From an uncultured Gemmatimonadaceae bacterium (lineage in GTDB: Bacteria; Gemmatimonadota; Gemmatimonadetes; Gemmatimonadales; Gemmatimonadaceae), in assembly GCA_963716745.1 (NCBI GenBank), contig OY970320.1:960001-1024000 (forward strand): a DNA stretch of 64,000 bases, given 5' to 3'. The notes beneath the pieces are model-generated. The model worked only from the letters and a program-made list of their open reading frames with translations. It was not told where the DNA came from and made no database searches. Positions within the stretch are counted from its first letter, which is position 1, and every line of letters begins with the position of its first letter. Made by a program: the position numbers and the translations under genes. Positions 18,681 through 29,223 of the stretch are shown in pieces.

Positions 18681-21235
18681 CGCTTCGCGACGGCAGTCGC
18701 TGGCGCGCGATCCCCGCGCTCGCGTGGCACGACACGCGCACCGCCCGCCGGCGGCTCATCGTCTCGGTGAGCGCGATCTCGCTCGGCATCGCCGCGCTCG
18801 TCGCCACCGATTCGTTCAGCGCCGACGTCACGCGCTCGGTGCGCCAACAGTCGCGCGCGTTGCTCGGCGCCGACCTCGCGCTCAATTCCAGCCAGAAGTT
18901 CACCGCGCCGGTGGATTCCGTGCTCGCGTCGCTCGAGCAGCAGGGCGCGCAGGTCGCGCGCGCCACGACCTTCACCTCGATGGCCGTGGTGCCCGGGCAT
19001 CCCGGCTCGAAGCTGGTACAAGTGCGCGCCGTCTCCGAAGGCATGCCGTTCTACGGCACGATCGAGACGGAGCCCGCGGGGCAATGGGCGCATCTGCAGG
19101 AGGGGCGCCACGCGTTGGTTGATCCCGCGCTCCTCATCGCGCTCAACGCGAACGTTGGCGATACGCTCTTCCTGGGCTTCGCGCGCTTCGCGATCACCGG
19201 TGTGCTCTCGAACGTGCCCGGCGACGTGGGGATCTCCGCCGCGATCGGGCCGCGCGTGTACATCCCCGAATCGTTCCTCGCGGAAACGCGGCTGCTCGGT
19301 TTCGGCAGCCGCGCGCAGTATCAGGCGATGCTCAAATTGCCGGCCACGCTCAGTCCCGCGCGCGTCGTCGCGCGCGCGCGCCCCGTGTTCGAGGCGCAGA
19401 AAGTGCGCGCCCGCACGGTGGCGGAAACGGAACAGTCGCTCACGCAGGGCGTCGAGCAACTCAACAAATTCCTCGGACTCGTAGGACTCGTCGCGCTGCT
19501 CCTCGGCGGCATCGGCGTGGGCAGCGCGATCAGCGCGTACATCGCCGACCGGCTGGACAGCGTGGCCGTGCTGCGCTGCCTCGGCGCCACCGGCCCGCAG
19601 GTGACGGCGATGTACGTGATCGAAGCGTCGCTGCTCGGCGTGATCGGCGCGGTGCTCGGCATCGTGCTCGGCGTGGCGGCGCAATTGCTCTTGCCCAAAG
19701 TGTTCGGCGACTTCCTGCCGGTGGATGTCGCGCCGCAACTCGAGCCGCGCATTCTGCTCATGGGCCTCGCGATCGGCGTATGGACCGCCACGCTGTTCGC
19801 GCTGCGTCCGGTGCTGGCGGTGCGCGACGTGAGTCCGCTCATGGTGCTGCGGCGCAATACGCCGGGCGCGGCGGGGCGCGTGCGGCGCGTGGATGTACCG
19901 CGGCTCTCGGTGGAACTGCTGCTGGGCGCCACCGTGCTGCTGCTCGCGGTGCGCCGCACGGGACTGCTCTCGCAGGGCGTGGGGATGACCATCGGCATCG
20001 TGGGCGTGGTGGGCGTGCTCGCGTTGGGTGCGGCGCTGCTCAGCGCGCTGGCGCGGCGGGTGGTGCGCGAGCGCTGGCCGTTCGTGCTGCGCCAGGGCGT
20101 CGCGAACCTGTATCGCCCCGCGAATCAGACGCGCGCGGTGGTGCTGTCGCTCGGCTTCGCGACGTTCCTGCTCTGCTTCGTGTACCTCGTGCAATCGAGC
20201 CTGCTGGGCGAATTGCGCGCGGCGGGCAATGCGGCGCAGGCGAACATGGCGTTCTTCGACGTGCAGCCCGCGGCGCTCGTGGGTCTCGATTCCATGGTGC
20301 AGGCCGCGCACGCGCCGGTGCTGCAGCAGGTGGCGATCATCCCGATGCGCGTGGCCGAGATCAACGGCGTTTCCGTCGCGGAGATCACGAAGAAACGGCA
20401 GAGCTGGGCGCTCAGGCGCGAGTATCGCTCGAGCTACCGCGATACACTGGTCGCGTCCGAGCGCGTGACCGCGGGAAAATGGGGACCGCGCGATGCCGCC
20501 GGCCTGCCGGGCATCTCGGTGGAGCGCGATCTCGCCGCCGAACTCCAGGTGGCGCTCGGCGACACGATCGTGTGGGACGTGCAGGGCGTACGCGTGCCGA
20601 GTATCGTGACGAGTCTGCGTGAGGTGCAGTGGGCGCGCTTCGAGCCGAACTTCTTCGTGGTATTCGAGCCGCGCGCGCTGAGAGACGCGCCGGCGAGCTT
20701 CGCGGTGCTCACGCGCATGGACGACGCGCGCGGGCGCGCGCAGCTGCAGCACGATGTGGTGACGCGTTTCCCAAGCGCGAGCGCGATCGACCTCTCGACC
20801 ATCCAGGATGCGGTGCGGCGGATATTGGACAAAGTGTCGCTCGCCGTGCGGTTCCTCTCACTGTTCAGTCTCGTGACCGGCGTGCTGGTGCTCGTGAGCG
20901 CCGTGTCGAGCGCGCGCCGCCAGCGCGTGCGCGAAGCGGTGCTGCTCAAGACCCTTGGTGCCACGCGCGCGCAGATCGCGCGCATCATGGCGGCGGAGTA
21001 CGCGTCGCTCGGAGCGTTGGGCAGCCTCACCGGCATGACGCTCTCGGCGTTCGCCGCCTGGGGCGTGATGCATTTCATCTTCGAGAGCACGTTCGCGCTC
21101 GCGCCGGTGGGGATGCTGCTGCTCGCCGCCGGGACGATGGCGCTCACGGTGTCGATCGGCGTTTGGAGCGGACGCGAGGTCTTTCGCGCGACCGGTGAGC
21201 GACGAGCTGCGGGACTGATTGAACGGCGCGTGTAG
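18677..21235 (+). CDS. ABC transporter permease (YbbP/FtsX-like)
   Basis: LLGADL, VAVLRCLGA, NMAFFDVQ, LLKTLGATRAQI; the real stop is probably at 21218 (terminal indel). Confidence 0.9.
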   Translation: MTLRDGSRWRAIPALAWHDTRTARRRLIVSVSAISLGIAALVATDSFSADVTRSVRQQSRALLGADLALNSSQKFTAPVDSVLASLEQQGAQVARATTFTSMAVVPGHPGSKLVQVRAVSEGMPFYGTIETEPAGQWAHLQEGRHALVDPALLIALNANVGDTLFLGFARFAITGVLSNVPGDVGISAAIGPRVYIPESFLAETRLLGFGSRAQYQAMLKLPATLSPARVVARARPVFEAQKVRARTVAETEQSLTQGVEQLNKFLGLVGLVALLLGGIGVGSAISAYIADRLDSVAVLRCLGATGPQVTAMYVIEASLLGVIGAVLGIVLGVAAQLLLPKVFGDFLPVDVAPQLEPRILLMGLAIGVWTATLFALRPVLAVRDVSPLMVLRRNTPGAAGRVRRVDVPRLSVELLLGATVLLLAVRRTGLLSQGVGMTIGIVGVVGVLALGAALLSALARRVVRERWPFVLRQGVANLYRPANQTRAVVLSLGFATFLLCFVYLVQSSLLGELRAAGNAAQANMAFFDVQPAALVGLDSMVQAAHAPVLQQVAIIPMRVAEINGVSVAEITKKRQSWALRREYRSSYRDTLVASERVTAGKWGPRDAAGLPGISVERDLAAELQVALGDTIVWDVQGVRVPSIVTSLREVQWARFEPNFFVVFEPRALRDAPASFAVLTRMDDARGRAQLQHDVVTRFPSASAIDLSTIQDAVRRILDKVSLAVRFLSLFSLVTGVLVLVSAVSSARRQRVREAVLLKTLGATRAQIARIMAAEYASLGALGSLTGMTLSAFAAWGVMHFIFESTFALAPVGMLLLAAGTMALTVSIGVWSGREVFRATGERRAAGLIERRV

Positions 21236-21385
21236 GCCCTAGTACCGCTGAGAAGCGCGTTTAGCAACTGAGCGTATGGTACGGCTCGGCGTGAGTAGGA
21301 AACCTTCCCACTCACGCCGAGCCGTACCATACGCTCAGTTGCTAGACGCGCTGTTTCAGCGGTACTAGGGCCTACACGCGCCGTT
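21222..21385. mobile_element. Long hairpin: probable 122-bp MITE inserted at CTAG inside a GTAG-type palindrome
   Basis: GTAGGCC-CTAG-[TACCGCTG...CAGCGGTA]-CTAG-GGCCTAC; near-perfect ~75-bp arms; an empty-site-like sequence occurs at 49097-49114. Confidence 0.7.
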
Positions 21386-21419
21386 TGCCTCGTTCCGGCC
21401 CCCCGGCCACCTTTCATCC

Positions 21420-22091
21420 ATGCCACTGCTCTGGTTGTTCCTCGCGGTCAAGGGAAACCCGGTGCTGCACGCGCTCGACTCGGCGTGGGGGTTCCTCGCG
21501 ATCGGCGCGTCGGTGATCCTCTTCGAGGAGACGATGCCCGTGCTCGCGGGCTTCACCGCGCATCAGGAACACTTCTCGGTGTGGCAGCTCGGACTCGTAT
21601 GCGCGTTCGGCGGGTGGTTCGCGTCGCTCGCGCCATACGCGATCGGCCGCTACGGCGCCGCGCGGCTGTTGACCCGTTGGCCGGCGGCGGAGGCCACGGT
21701 GCTGCGGCTTACCGGCGTCGTGTCGCGCCGGCCGTGGCGCGCCGCGCTCGCGAGCCGGTTCGTATTCGGCGCGCGTACGCTGCTGCCGCTCGCGTGCGGC
21801 ACGGCGAAAGTGCCGGTGGTGCCGTTCGTCGCCGGAAGTGCGATCAGCGCGGTGGTGTGGGCGTCGCTCTTCACGTGGCTCGGCTGGATGTCGGGCGAGA
21901 CGCTGCTGCTCCTGCTGGGGCGCGCGCGACGGCATGAACTCAGCGTGTGGCTGGTGTTCGCGCTCGTCATCCTGATCGTGCTCTGGGTGATCCAGCGACG
22001 GAACCGCGCCCATGTAGCAGCGGAACTGGAGAAGACGGACGAGATCCTGAAGTTGACGGGATCGCATCCGACGATCCCGAAGGGGGACTGA
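21420..22091 (+). CDS. DedA/VTT-family membrane protein
   Basis: EETMPVLAGF, YAIGRYG, SRFVFGARTLLPLACG. Confidence 0.85.
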   Translation: MPLLWLFLAVKGNPVLHALDSAWGFLAIGASVILFEETMPVLAGFTAHQEHFSVWQLGLVCAFGGWFASLAPYAIGRYGAARLLTRWPAAEATVLRLTGVVSRRPWRAALASRFVFGARTLLPLACGTAKVPVVPFVAGSAISAVVWASLFTWLGWMSGETLLLLLGRARRHELSVWLVFALVILIVLWVIQRRNRAHVAAELEKTDEILKLTGSHPTIPKGD

Positions 22092-22101
22092 GATAAGACA
22101 G

Positions 22102-22219
22102 CCGGGAACCGATTACCGGGAACCGGTGTGGCATGAAAACGAATTCCATCAGGACATCGCGCGATGTCGTGATGGAATATGTTGTTATGCCTCACCGGTT
22201 CCCGGCAATCGGTTCCCGG
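22102..22219. repeat. Inverted-repeat element with CGGGAAC heptamer arms
   Basis: ccgggaaccgattaccgggaaccggtg ... caccggttcccggcaatcggttcccgg; lies between convergent genes. Confidence 0.88.
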
Positions 22220-22229
22220 TTCTCAGTTG

Positions 22230-25200
22230 TTATCCTCGCTGCGCCATCGCCGGTTCTATCTCCACCGTCGCCTTCCGCTCCAGATTCCCCCATCCCACCA
22301 CGCGCCCCTGCAGCGCTGCGAGCAGTGAGCGGATCACCACGACGTACATCACCTGTCGATACGCGAACCGCTGGAGCAGCACGAGCCAGGTGAGCGAGCG
22401 ATCCTCGTCGGGCTCCAGAAGGAAAGCGAAGATCGTCGCGGCCCAGTCCACCACGAGGAAGATCGCGTAGAACTTGAGCACGTGCTCCAGCGACGAGATG
22501 GCGAACGTCGTGCCGTGCTCGGCGCGCACCCAGTATACGCTTGCGATGCTCCAGACGAACAGGAAGTCCGCGATCGGCGAGACAGCCGGATAGAAGAGCT
22601 GGAAGATCAGCACGTTCGGCAGCGCCACCCATCCGAGCGAGCCGTACTGCTTCTTGAAGAACACCTCGCGGTGTTTCCAGAGGCACTGCAGCGTGCCGAA
22701 GCTCCAGCGGAATCGCTGGCGCGAGAGCATGCGCAGCGTGTCCGGCGCCTCGGTGTAGCCGATCGCCTCGTCGGCGTACGCGATCGCGTGACCGGCGCGG
22801 CGGATCGAGAGCGTGAGGTCCTGATCCTCGGCGAGCGTCTCCTCGCTGAACCCGCCGGCGCCGAGCACGAGCGCCTTGCGCCACGCACCCACCGCACCCG
22901 GGACCACCGTGATGCAATTCAGGAGCGAGAACGCGCGCCGGTCGAGATTCTGGCTCGTGACATACTCGATCGCTTGCCAGCGCGTGGTGATGTTGATGCG
23001 ATTGCCCACCTTCGCGTTGCCGGCCACCGCGCCCACCGCCGGATCGCGCAGCGGCTCCACGAGTTCGCCCACGGTGTTCGGCACGAAGATCGTGTCGGCG
23101 TCGAGACAGATCACGATCTCGCCGTTCGCAACCGTGAGTCCGTAGTTGAGCGCACTCGCCTTGCCGCCGTTCGGTTTGCGATACACGCGCACGAGCGGAT
23201 GCGTGCCGAACGCTTCCATCGCGCGAGCGTACGTGTCGTCGGGTGAACCGTCGTCCACCACCACCACCTCGAGCGTGCCCGGATAGTCCTGCGACACGAG
23301 GCTCTCGATGGTCTTCACGATCACCATCTCTTCCTTGTACGCCGGGACGATCACGCTCACGCTCGGCGCATACGTGACCGGCGCCTCGGGGTCCTGGTGG
23401 CGCCGCGCGTGCTGGATCACGGCGAGCGTGGTGATGAACAGCAGTCGCGCGACGCCGAGGGCGATCGCGATCATGAAGATCCAGTAGAGCATCCACTCGA
23501 TGATGCCGAAGATGCCGAAGGCGGCGAGTTCGCCGAAGCGCGCGACGACCGTGCGCGATGGCAATCCGGGCATCGCCTGGTCGCGCGTGAGACCGAGCAG
23601 TTCGGATACGGTTACGAGCGTGTCGCCTTCGGCGCGGAGCGAGTCGATGAGCGGACCGAACGCGGCGACCGTTTGGCTGCGGTCGCCGCCGCCGTCGTGC
23701 AACAACACCACGTTGCCGCGCTCGCGCTGCGCGAGGGTGGTGTCGATGATCACCTGCACGCCGGGCGAGCGCCAATCCTCGCTGTCGAGGTGCACGCCCA
23801 CCGTGAGGTAGCCGCGATCGCTCGCGAGTGCGACGGGGATCAGTTCGTCATCGGTGGTGGGCTCAGCGTCGCCGAAATACGGCGGACGGAAGAACGCCGT
23901 GCGCCGGTTGAGGACGGCCTCGATGAGCCGCTCGGTGGCGTCGAGTTGCAGCTTGGTCTGCAGGGGATTCGTGAAGAAAAGATTCGGATGCGTGAACGTG
24001 TGATTGCCGATCTCGTGCCCTTCGGCCCATTCGCGCCGCAGCAGCGGGATGTGCGCTTCGACGTTCTGCCCGATCACGAAGAACGTGGCGGGCGCGTTGC
24101 GCGACTTGAGCGTGTCGAGGATCGCGGCGGTCCAGCGGCCATCGGGTCCGTCGTCGAAGGTGAGCGCGACGCGATGCGGGAAGCCGTCGCCGAAGCGGTC
24201 GTACACATAGGGGGTCGCGTACGAAACGACCTTCTCGTTCACCACGAGCCTCGCAACGGAATCGTACGTGATCTCGCGCCGCCCTTCGGTGGGGCGCGAC
24301 ACCATCTGGATGATCTCGCCCTTCCCGTCGCGCGGCAGCGCTTCCGGATCGTAGCCCGGCGGGATGACGGCGAGCGATTCCGCCGGCTGATCGATGCCCT
24401 TGCGTCCGATCACGCGCCAGATCGCGGGGTCCTCGGAGCCCAGGCGCCACACCGCGTGCCCCGCGACGCCGAGCGCTTGGCCGGCGACGATCTGGTCATA
24501 GGCGGTGACCGCGTCGAGATACCACGCGACGTGATCGGTGGAGTCGGAGTCCGTCCAGCGCGCGTACGGATTGAGCGTGATCGGATCGAAGTGGAACGAC
24601 TTGATCGGCGCATTGCGCATCGCCGACATCATCTCCTGGAAGGTGAGCGTCTGCCCGTTGGACAGGGAGTCGCCGTCGTTCCAGTCGTAGCCGTACGCGC
24701 CCACGGCGAGGATCGCCTTGTCGGCGGGGATGAACTTGAGCATCCGCTTCGCTTTGGAGATGTACCAATCCTGGCTCGCGACGGGGCCGGGATCGCCTTT
24801 GCCGTAGTGCTCATCGTAGAGCATGAGGAAGACGTGATCGTTCGCCTCGGCGTAGCGCGCGAGCTGATCGTCGGTGTCGTTGAACGAGACGGCCTGCGTC
24901 ACGCGGCGTCCACGCGGCGCGAGGGCGGCGGTGAGCGCGCGCGTGAAGAGGACCACGTCGGATGTGAGCTCGCCCGGGACTTCTTCGAAGTCGATCGTGA
25001 CGCCGGCGAGTCCGTAGTGCGTCACCGAATCGGTGAGCTGGTCGACGGCTCGCTGGCGTGCCGTGCGGTCGGTGAGCAGGTGACGCAGCGAGCGCGGATC
25101 CCACTTGTGCGTGATCTGGTCGTAGTTGCTCACCATGAGGAACACGGCGGGCCGCTGCGACGGATCGGAGATCACCTGATTGATGGTGTACTGCACGCGG

Positions 25201-25733
25201 CGATCGATCTTCATGAGCAACGAGTCGCCGCCGTTGGCGACGAATGCCCACTCGCAGACGACCCAGTCGAGATCGTCGGCGTGATCACGCAGCGCGGCGG
25301 TGGAGTTGTCGTCCCAGTTGACGTAGAAGCCGACGATGATCGGATCGCCCGGCTTGCGGGGGGACTTCGCCTGAACGCGCTTGTCCACCGGGAGTTCCGA
25401 TGGACGCAGCGACGGCGGCGCGTGCTGGCGTTCGAGCGCGAACCACAGCTCGAGCTTCTTCTCCATCTGGGCACGCTCTGCCTTGCTGGTGGCGATGCGC
25501 GGCGTGATGTTGAGCTTCACCGGGTTGGTCGCGAGCCGCGGGAGGAGCGGCGGCACGAGCAGGCTGAGCACCACGGTGCCGCCGACGATCGTCGTGAAGA
25601 TGCCGAGGCCCAGGCCGACCGCGCGCACGCGGCGCCAACGGCGTCCAGACACATCCAGGAAGACCGGCGCGACGGGCCGGTGCGAGTGCGACACTTTGCT
25701 CACGGCCCCATAAGATAGCGCCGCGCGCCCCAC
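22230..25733 (-). CDS. GH18-like + polysaccharide deacetylase + GT2 (PgaC/IcaA-like) fusion
   Basis: TIDFEE (GH18-like), LTFDDGP, HTFTH and LLHDGGG (CE4), DDGS, GGKASALN, LAEDQD, QRFRW (GT2). Confidence 0.9.
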   Translation of the reverse strand: MGRAALSYGAVSKVSHSHRPVAPVFLDVSGRRWRRVRAVGLGLGIFTTIVGGTVVLSLLVPPLLPRLATNPVKLNITPRIATSKAERAQMEKKLELWFALERQHAPPSLRPSELPVDKRVQAKSPRKPGDPIIVGFYVNWDDNSTAALRDHADDLDWVVCEWAFVANGGDSLLMKIDRRVQYTINQVISDPSQRPAVFLMVSNYDQITHKWDPRSLRHLLTDRTARQRAVDQLTDSVTHYGLAGVTIDFEEVPGELTSDVVLFTRALTAALAPRGRRVTQAVSFNDTDDQLARYAEANDHVFLMLYDEHYGKGDPGPVASQDWYISKAKRMLKFIPADKAILAVGAYGYDWNDGDSLSNGQTLTFQEMMSAMRNAPIKSFHFDPITLNPYARWTDSDSTDHVAWYLDAVTAYDQIVAGQALGVAGHAVWRLGSEDPAIWRVIGRKGIDQPAESLAVIPPGYDPEALPRDGKGEIIQMVSRPTEGRREITYDSVARLVVNEKVVSYATPYVYDRFGDGFPHRVALTFDDGPDGRWTAAILDTLKSRNAPATFFVIGQNVEAHIPLLRREWAEGHEIGNHTFTHPNLFFTNPLQTKLQLDATERLIEAVLNRRTAFFRPPYFGDAEPTTDDELIPVALASDRGYLTVGVHLDSEDWRSPGVQVIIDTTLAQRERGNVVLLHDGGGDRSQTVAAFGPLIDSLRAEGDTLVTVSELLGLTRDQAMPGLPSRTVVARFGELAAFGIFGIIEWMLYWIFMIAIALGVARLLFITTLAVIQHARRHQDPEAPVTYAPSVSVIVPAYKEEMVIVKTIESLVSQDYPGTLEVVVVDDGSPDDTYARAMEAFGTHPLVRVYRKPNGGKASALNYGLTVANGEIVICLDADTIFVPNTVGELVEPLRDPAVGAVAGNAKVGNRINITTRWQAIEYVTSQNLDRRAFSLLNCITVVPGAVGAWRKALVLGAGGFSEETLAEDQDLTLSIRRAGHAIAYADEAIGYTEAPDTLRMLSRQRFRWSFGTLQCLWKHREVFFKKQYGSLGWVALPNVLIFQLFYPAVSPIADFLFVWSIASVYWVRAEHGTTFAISSLEHVLKFYAIFLVVDWAATIFAFLLEPDEDRSLTWLVLLQRFAYRQVMYVVVIRSLLAALQGRVVGWGNLERKATVEIEPAMAQRG

Positions 25734-25768
25734 CGTGCCCCGGCCGCGCCGTCGCGCGTCTTGCCCGC

Positions 25769-26371
25769 ATGACCGGCGATGCGACGGGACTCACCTGGCG
25801 CGAAGATGCCCTGGATTGGTGCCGCGGCCGCGACTGGCGCTGGCGCGCGCCGCTCATGGTGTACCTCGCGTATACCGCCGCGCGCGGCCTCACGGACCCC
25901 ATGCGATGGAACTGGTGGAGCGGCATCACGCTCGGCGTGCACGAGGCGGGGCACATCATCTTCTCCCCGTTCGGGGAATTCCTGATGGTGGCCGGCGGGA
26001 GCATCACGCAGCTCGCCGCGCCACTGGTGGTGATGTGGCTGTTCAGGCGACAGCGCGATTGGTACGGCGTGTGCGTTGGCGCGACGTGGCTCGGGTCGAG
26101 TCTCGCGAACCTCGCGACCTACATCGGCGACGCGCGCGCGCAGGAACTGCCGCTGGTGGGATTCACCGACAACCCGGAACACGATTGGCACTACCTGCTC
26201 TACCGGACGGGATTGCTGAAGGAGGACACGCTGTTCGCGGGACTCACGCGCTTCATCGCGGCCGTGGTGCTTCTGGCCGCGGTATCCGCGACCGCATGGC
26301 TCTGCGTGCAGATGCGCCGATCGCGCGCAACGGTACCTGCCGACCCTTCGACACAGAACAAACTGCTTTGA
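25769..26371 (+). CDS. Membrane protein with an HExxH motif (putative metallopeptidase)
   Basis: VHEAGH, YIGDARA, HDWHYLL, hydrophobic helices. Confidence 0.7.
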   Translation: MTGDATGLTWREDALDWCRGRDWRWRAPLMVYLAYTAARGLTDPMRWNWWSGITLGVHEAGHIIFSPFGEFLMVAGGSITQLAAPLVVMWLFRRQRDWYGVCVGATWLGSSLANLATYIGDARAQELPLVGFTDNPEHDWHYLLYRTGLLKEDTLFAGLTRFIAAVVLLAAVSATAWLCVQMRRSRATVPADPSTQNKLL

Positions 26372-26461
26372 CAGGATTAACATGATTTACATGAGTTGAC
26401 TGCAACGACTCCGTGGCGGGCGGCGCCGTTCTCATCATGTAAATCATGTTAATCCTGTCAA
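26368..26461. repeat. Family D 9-mer inverted repeat
   Basis: ttgacaggattaacatgatt (26368-26387) and aatcatgttaatcctgtcaa (26442-26461) are perfect arms; lies between convergent genes. Confidence 0.9.
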
Positions 26462-26474
26462 AGTAGTTTTTCCC

Positions 26475-29138
26475 CTATCGCGTTTCGATCCCCGGCGCGA
26501 TGGTGACCTTGAGTGTCTGTTTCTGTTTCGTCTTCCCGAAACTCATCGTGATCGTATAGTCACCGCTCGGGAGGAACTTGTCCCCGCCCTCGCCGCCGTA
26601 CTCGGTGAGAAGATCGCTCGTGGGGCGGAGGTTCCACACGATCCGCCCGAAGCCGGGCGTGCCGGGGGCGGAGAGATTCGCGACGGTGGTGCCCGCGGCG
26701 TTCGTGATGCTCACCTTCACGTTGTCGCCCGTGTACGCCTTCACGTAGTACTGCAGGATCGCGCCGTCCGGCGGATTGTCACCGCGGAACACCGTGTTGC
26801 CATCGCTGTTCACCCAACCCGGCAGCGGGTACCGCCCGAACGCCGGACGTGGCGTGAAGAAGTGCATCGCTTCACCCGCGATCGCCGGCGTGAATTCCTC
26901 GATCGGCGTGACATCGTCCACGATGAACAGACTGCGGCCGTGCGTGCCGATGACCAGATCGCGCTCGCGCGGGTGGATCATGATGTCGTCCACTGCGACG
27001 GTGGGCAGGCTGCCGAACTTCTGCCAATGCGCGCCGCGGTCCACGCTCAGCCACAGCGCGAACTCCGTGCCCACGAACAGCACGTTCGCGTTCTTCGAAC
27101 TCTCGCGGATCACCTTGGCCGGCGCATCGGCCGGAAGATTCGCGGCGATGCTCTGCCACGTCTTGCCGCCGTCGGCGGTGCGATAGAGGAACGTCCCGAA
27201 ATTGCCGGTGCGATGGCCGTCCACGGCCATGTACGCCACCATCGGATCGAAGTGGCTCGCCTCAATGCGGCTGATCCAGAGTCCCTTCACCGCGGCCGGG
27301 AGCGACGCGGTGAGATCGGTCCAGTTGCCGCCGTCATCATCCGTGCGCCACAGCTTGCCGTCGTCGCTGCCCGCCCAGAGCAGCCCCGCCTTCATAGGCG
27401 ATTCGGCGAACGCATAGATCACGCCATAGTCCTCGGCGCCGCTGCCCACGACGGTCATCTTGTCGTAATCACGCGTGGAGAGATCCTTGCTGATCGCCTG
27501 CCACTTCGTTCCATGGTCGGTGATCTTGAAGATCCGGTTGCCCGCGAGGTACAGCGTGCCGGGCGCGTGCACGCTCTGCACGATGGGCGACACCCAATGG
27601 TAGCGGAACGCATTGCTCCCCTCGCTCGGCGAAGGCTGGAGATCGCGCGCTTCGCCGTTCGTGAGGTCCATGCGGAAGATCGTGCCGCCCTGCGACTCGG
27701 CGTACACGAGGTTGGAATCGGTCGCGTCGAAGGCGCAATACGCGCCGTCGCCGCCGCTGATGTTGAAGCCCGCGCCGTTCGTGATGCCGTTCTTCGACCA
27801 CACGGCGCTCGGCGTGATCCAATTCTCATTGTCCTGCAAGCCGCCGCAGATGCGATACGGCGAGCTCATGTCCACCTGCACGCGATAGTACTCGCCCGAC
27901 GGCACGTTGCGCACGTGCTGCCACGACTCCGCGCCGTCGAAGCTCTGGTAAATGCCGCCGTCGGTGCCGAGGATGATGTGCTTGGAGTTCCGCGGGTCGA
28001 TGCTGAGCGCGTGATTGTCGGAGTGCACGTTCTTGAAGCGGTCCTCGCGCCACGTCTTCCCGCCGTCTTCGCTCACGTGCACCATGAAGCCGAGCACGTA
28101 GATGAGCTTGTCGTTCGCGGGGTCAACGCGGATCTGTGAGAAATAGAACGGGCGCGGATTCAGGCGCGACATGCGCGTCCAATGTTCGCCAGCGTCGTCG
28201 GAGCGGAACACGCCGCCCGACTTGCTGAGCGGCCCGTCGAGGTTCGTCGTGCCGCCCAGGTCGGTCTGGATCTCGGCGTATACGATCTTGGGGTTCTTCG
28301 CGTACACGGAGAGCGCGATGCGCTGCGTGCGCGTGGGCAGCCCCTCGGTGAGCTTCTTCCATGTGGCGCCGCCATCGGTGCTCTTGAAGATTCCGCCCAC
28401 GTCGGCGCCGGTATAGTCCACACCGGACACGAAGCTCCACGGGCGCCGGATGCGCGCATACAGCGCGGCGTAGAGCACATTGGGATTGGACGGGTCGATC
28501 GCGATGTCGCCGCCGCCGGCCTTCGTGTCGTTCGGCTTTGGCGCGCTCAGCACCTTCGTCCAGTTCGCGCCGCCGTCGGTGGTCTTGTAGATCCCGCGCT
28601 CGGCGCTCTCGGCCCACAGGTTGCCGGCGACCGCCGCCCACGCCGTTTTCGGATCGGTGGGATGCACGACGATGCGCGCGATGCTCTTGCTGTCCTTGAG
28701 TCCGGCGAACGTCCAGCTGCCACCGCCGTCGGAGGAGCGGTAGACTCCCGCGCCCCAGCCGGTGGAATTGCGATCATTCGCTTCGCCGGTGGCGACGTAC
28801 ACGACGCTCGAGTCGGAGGGCGAGAGCGCGATGTCGCCGATGGAAGCGACGGCCTCCTTGTCGAATACCGGCGAGAACGTCTGCCCGTTGTCGTTCGTGC
28901 GCACCACACCGCCGGTGGCGAGGCCCACGTAGTACGTGTACGGATCATGCGGATCGAACGCGAGCGCTGACACGCGCCCTCCCATGATGCCGGGCCCGAT
29001 GCTGCGCGCTTTCTGGCCGGCACCGAAGATCAGCGTGTCGGTCATGGCGGCGGGGGCCGCAGCAGGTTTCGCGGGCTTGGATTGTGCGTTCAGTGCGAAC
29101 GGGAGAATCAAGAGAGCGCTAACGGCTTTGCGACGCAT
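26475..29138 (-). CDS. Secreted VPS10/BNR-repeat (Asp-box) glycosyl-hydrolase-like protein
   Basis: RSIGPGIMGGRV, repeated S/TxDGGxxW boxes, GGLQDN, GTHGRS. Confidence 0.88.
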   Translation of the reverse strand: MRRKAVSALLILPFALNAQSKPAKPAAAPAAMTDTLIFGAGQKARSIGPGIMGGRVSALAFDPHDPYTYYVGLATGGVVRTNDNGQTFSPVFDKEAVASIGDIALSPSDSSVVYVATGEANDRNSTGWGAGVYRSSDGGGSWTFAGLKDSKSIARIVVHPTDPKTAWAAVAGNLWAESAERGIYKTTDGGANWTKVLSAPKPNDTKAGGGDIAIDPSNPNVLYAALYARIRRPWSFVSGVDYTGADVGGIFKSTDGGATWKKLTEGLPTRTQRIALSVYAKNPKIVYAEIQTDLGGTTNLDGPLSKSGGVFRSDDAGEHWTRMSRLNPRPFYFSQIRVDPANDKLIYVLGFMVHVSEDGGKTWREDRFKNVHSDNHALSIDPRNSKHIILGTDGGIYQSFDGAESWQHVRNVPSGEYYRVQVDMSSPYRICGGLQDNENWITPSAVWSKNGITNGAGFNISGGDGAYCAFDATDSNLVYAESQGGTIFRMDLTNGEARDLQPSPSEGSNAFRYHWVSPIVQSVHAPGTLYLAGNRIFKITDHGTKWQAISKDLSTRDYDKMTVVGSGAEDYGVIYAFAESPMKAGLLWAGSDDGKLWRTDDDGGNWTDLTASLPAAVKGLWISRIEASHFDPMVAYMAVDGHRTGNFGTFLYRTADGGKTWQSIAANLPADAPAKVIRESSKNANVLFVGTEFALWLSVDRGAHWQKFGSLPTVAVDDIMIHPRERDLVIGTHGRSLFIVDDVTPIEEFTPAIAGEAMHFFTPRPAFGRYPLPGWVNSDGNTVFRGDNPPDGAILQYYVKAYTGDNVKVSITNAAGTTVANLSAPGTPGFGRIVWNLRPTSDLLTEYGGEGGDKFLPSGDYTITMSFGKTKQKQTLKVTIAPGIETR

Positions 29139-29156
29139 ATGAGTCCTTAGAAGAAG

Positions 29157-29222
29157 GGTGCATCGTGCATCGTGCATCGTGCATCGCCACTGCGATGCTC
29201 GATGCACGATGCACGATGCACG
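29157..29222. repeat. Inverted repeat of CATCGTG heptamers
   Basis: gtgcatcgtgcatcgtgcatcgtgcatcg ... cgatgcacgatgcacgatgcac. Confidence 0.88.
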
Positions 29223-29223
29223 T

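Noticed and set aside
22230..25733. GH18-CE4-GT2 triple fusion as a novelty
   Set aside because: This is a known, widespread architecture.
27727..27742. GTCGAAGGCGC match to the leader motif core
   Set aside because: It is inside a CDS, antisense, and lacks the CCTT-GKCGG half and the terminator.
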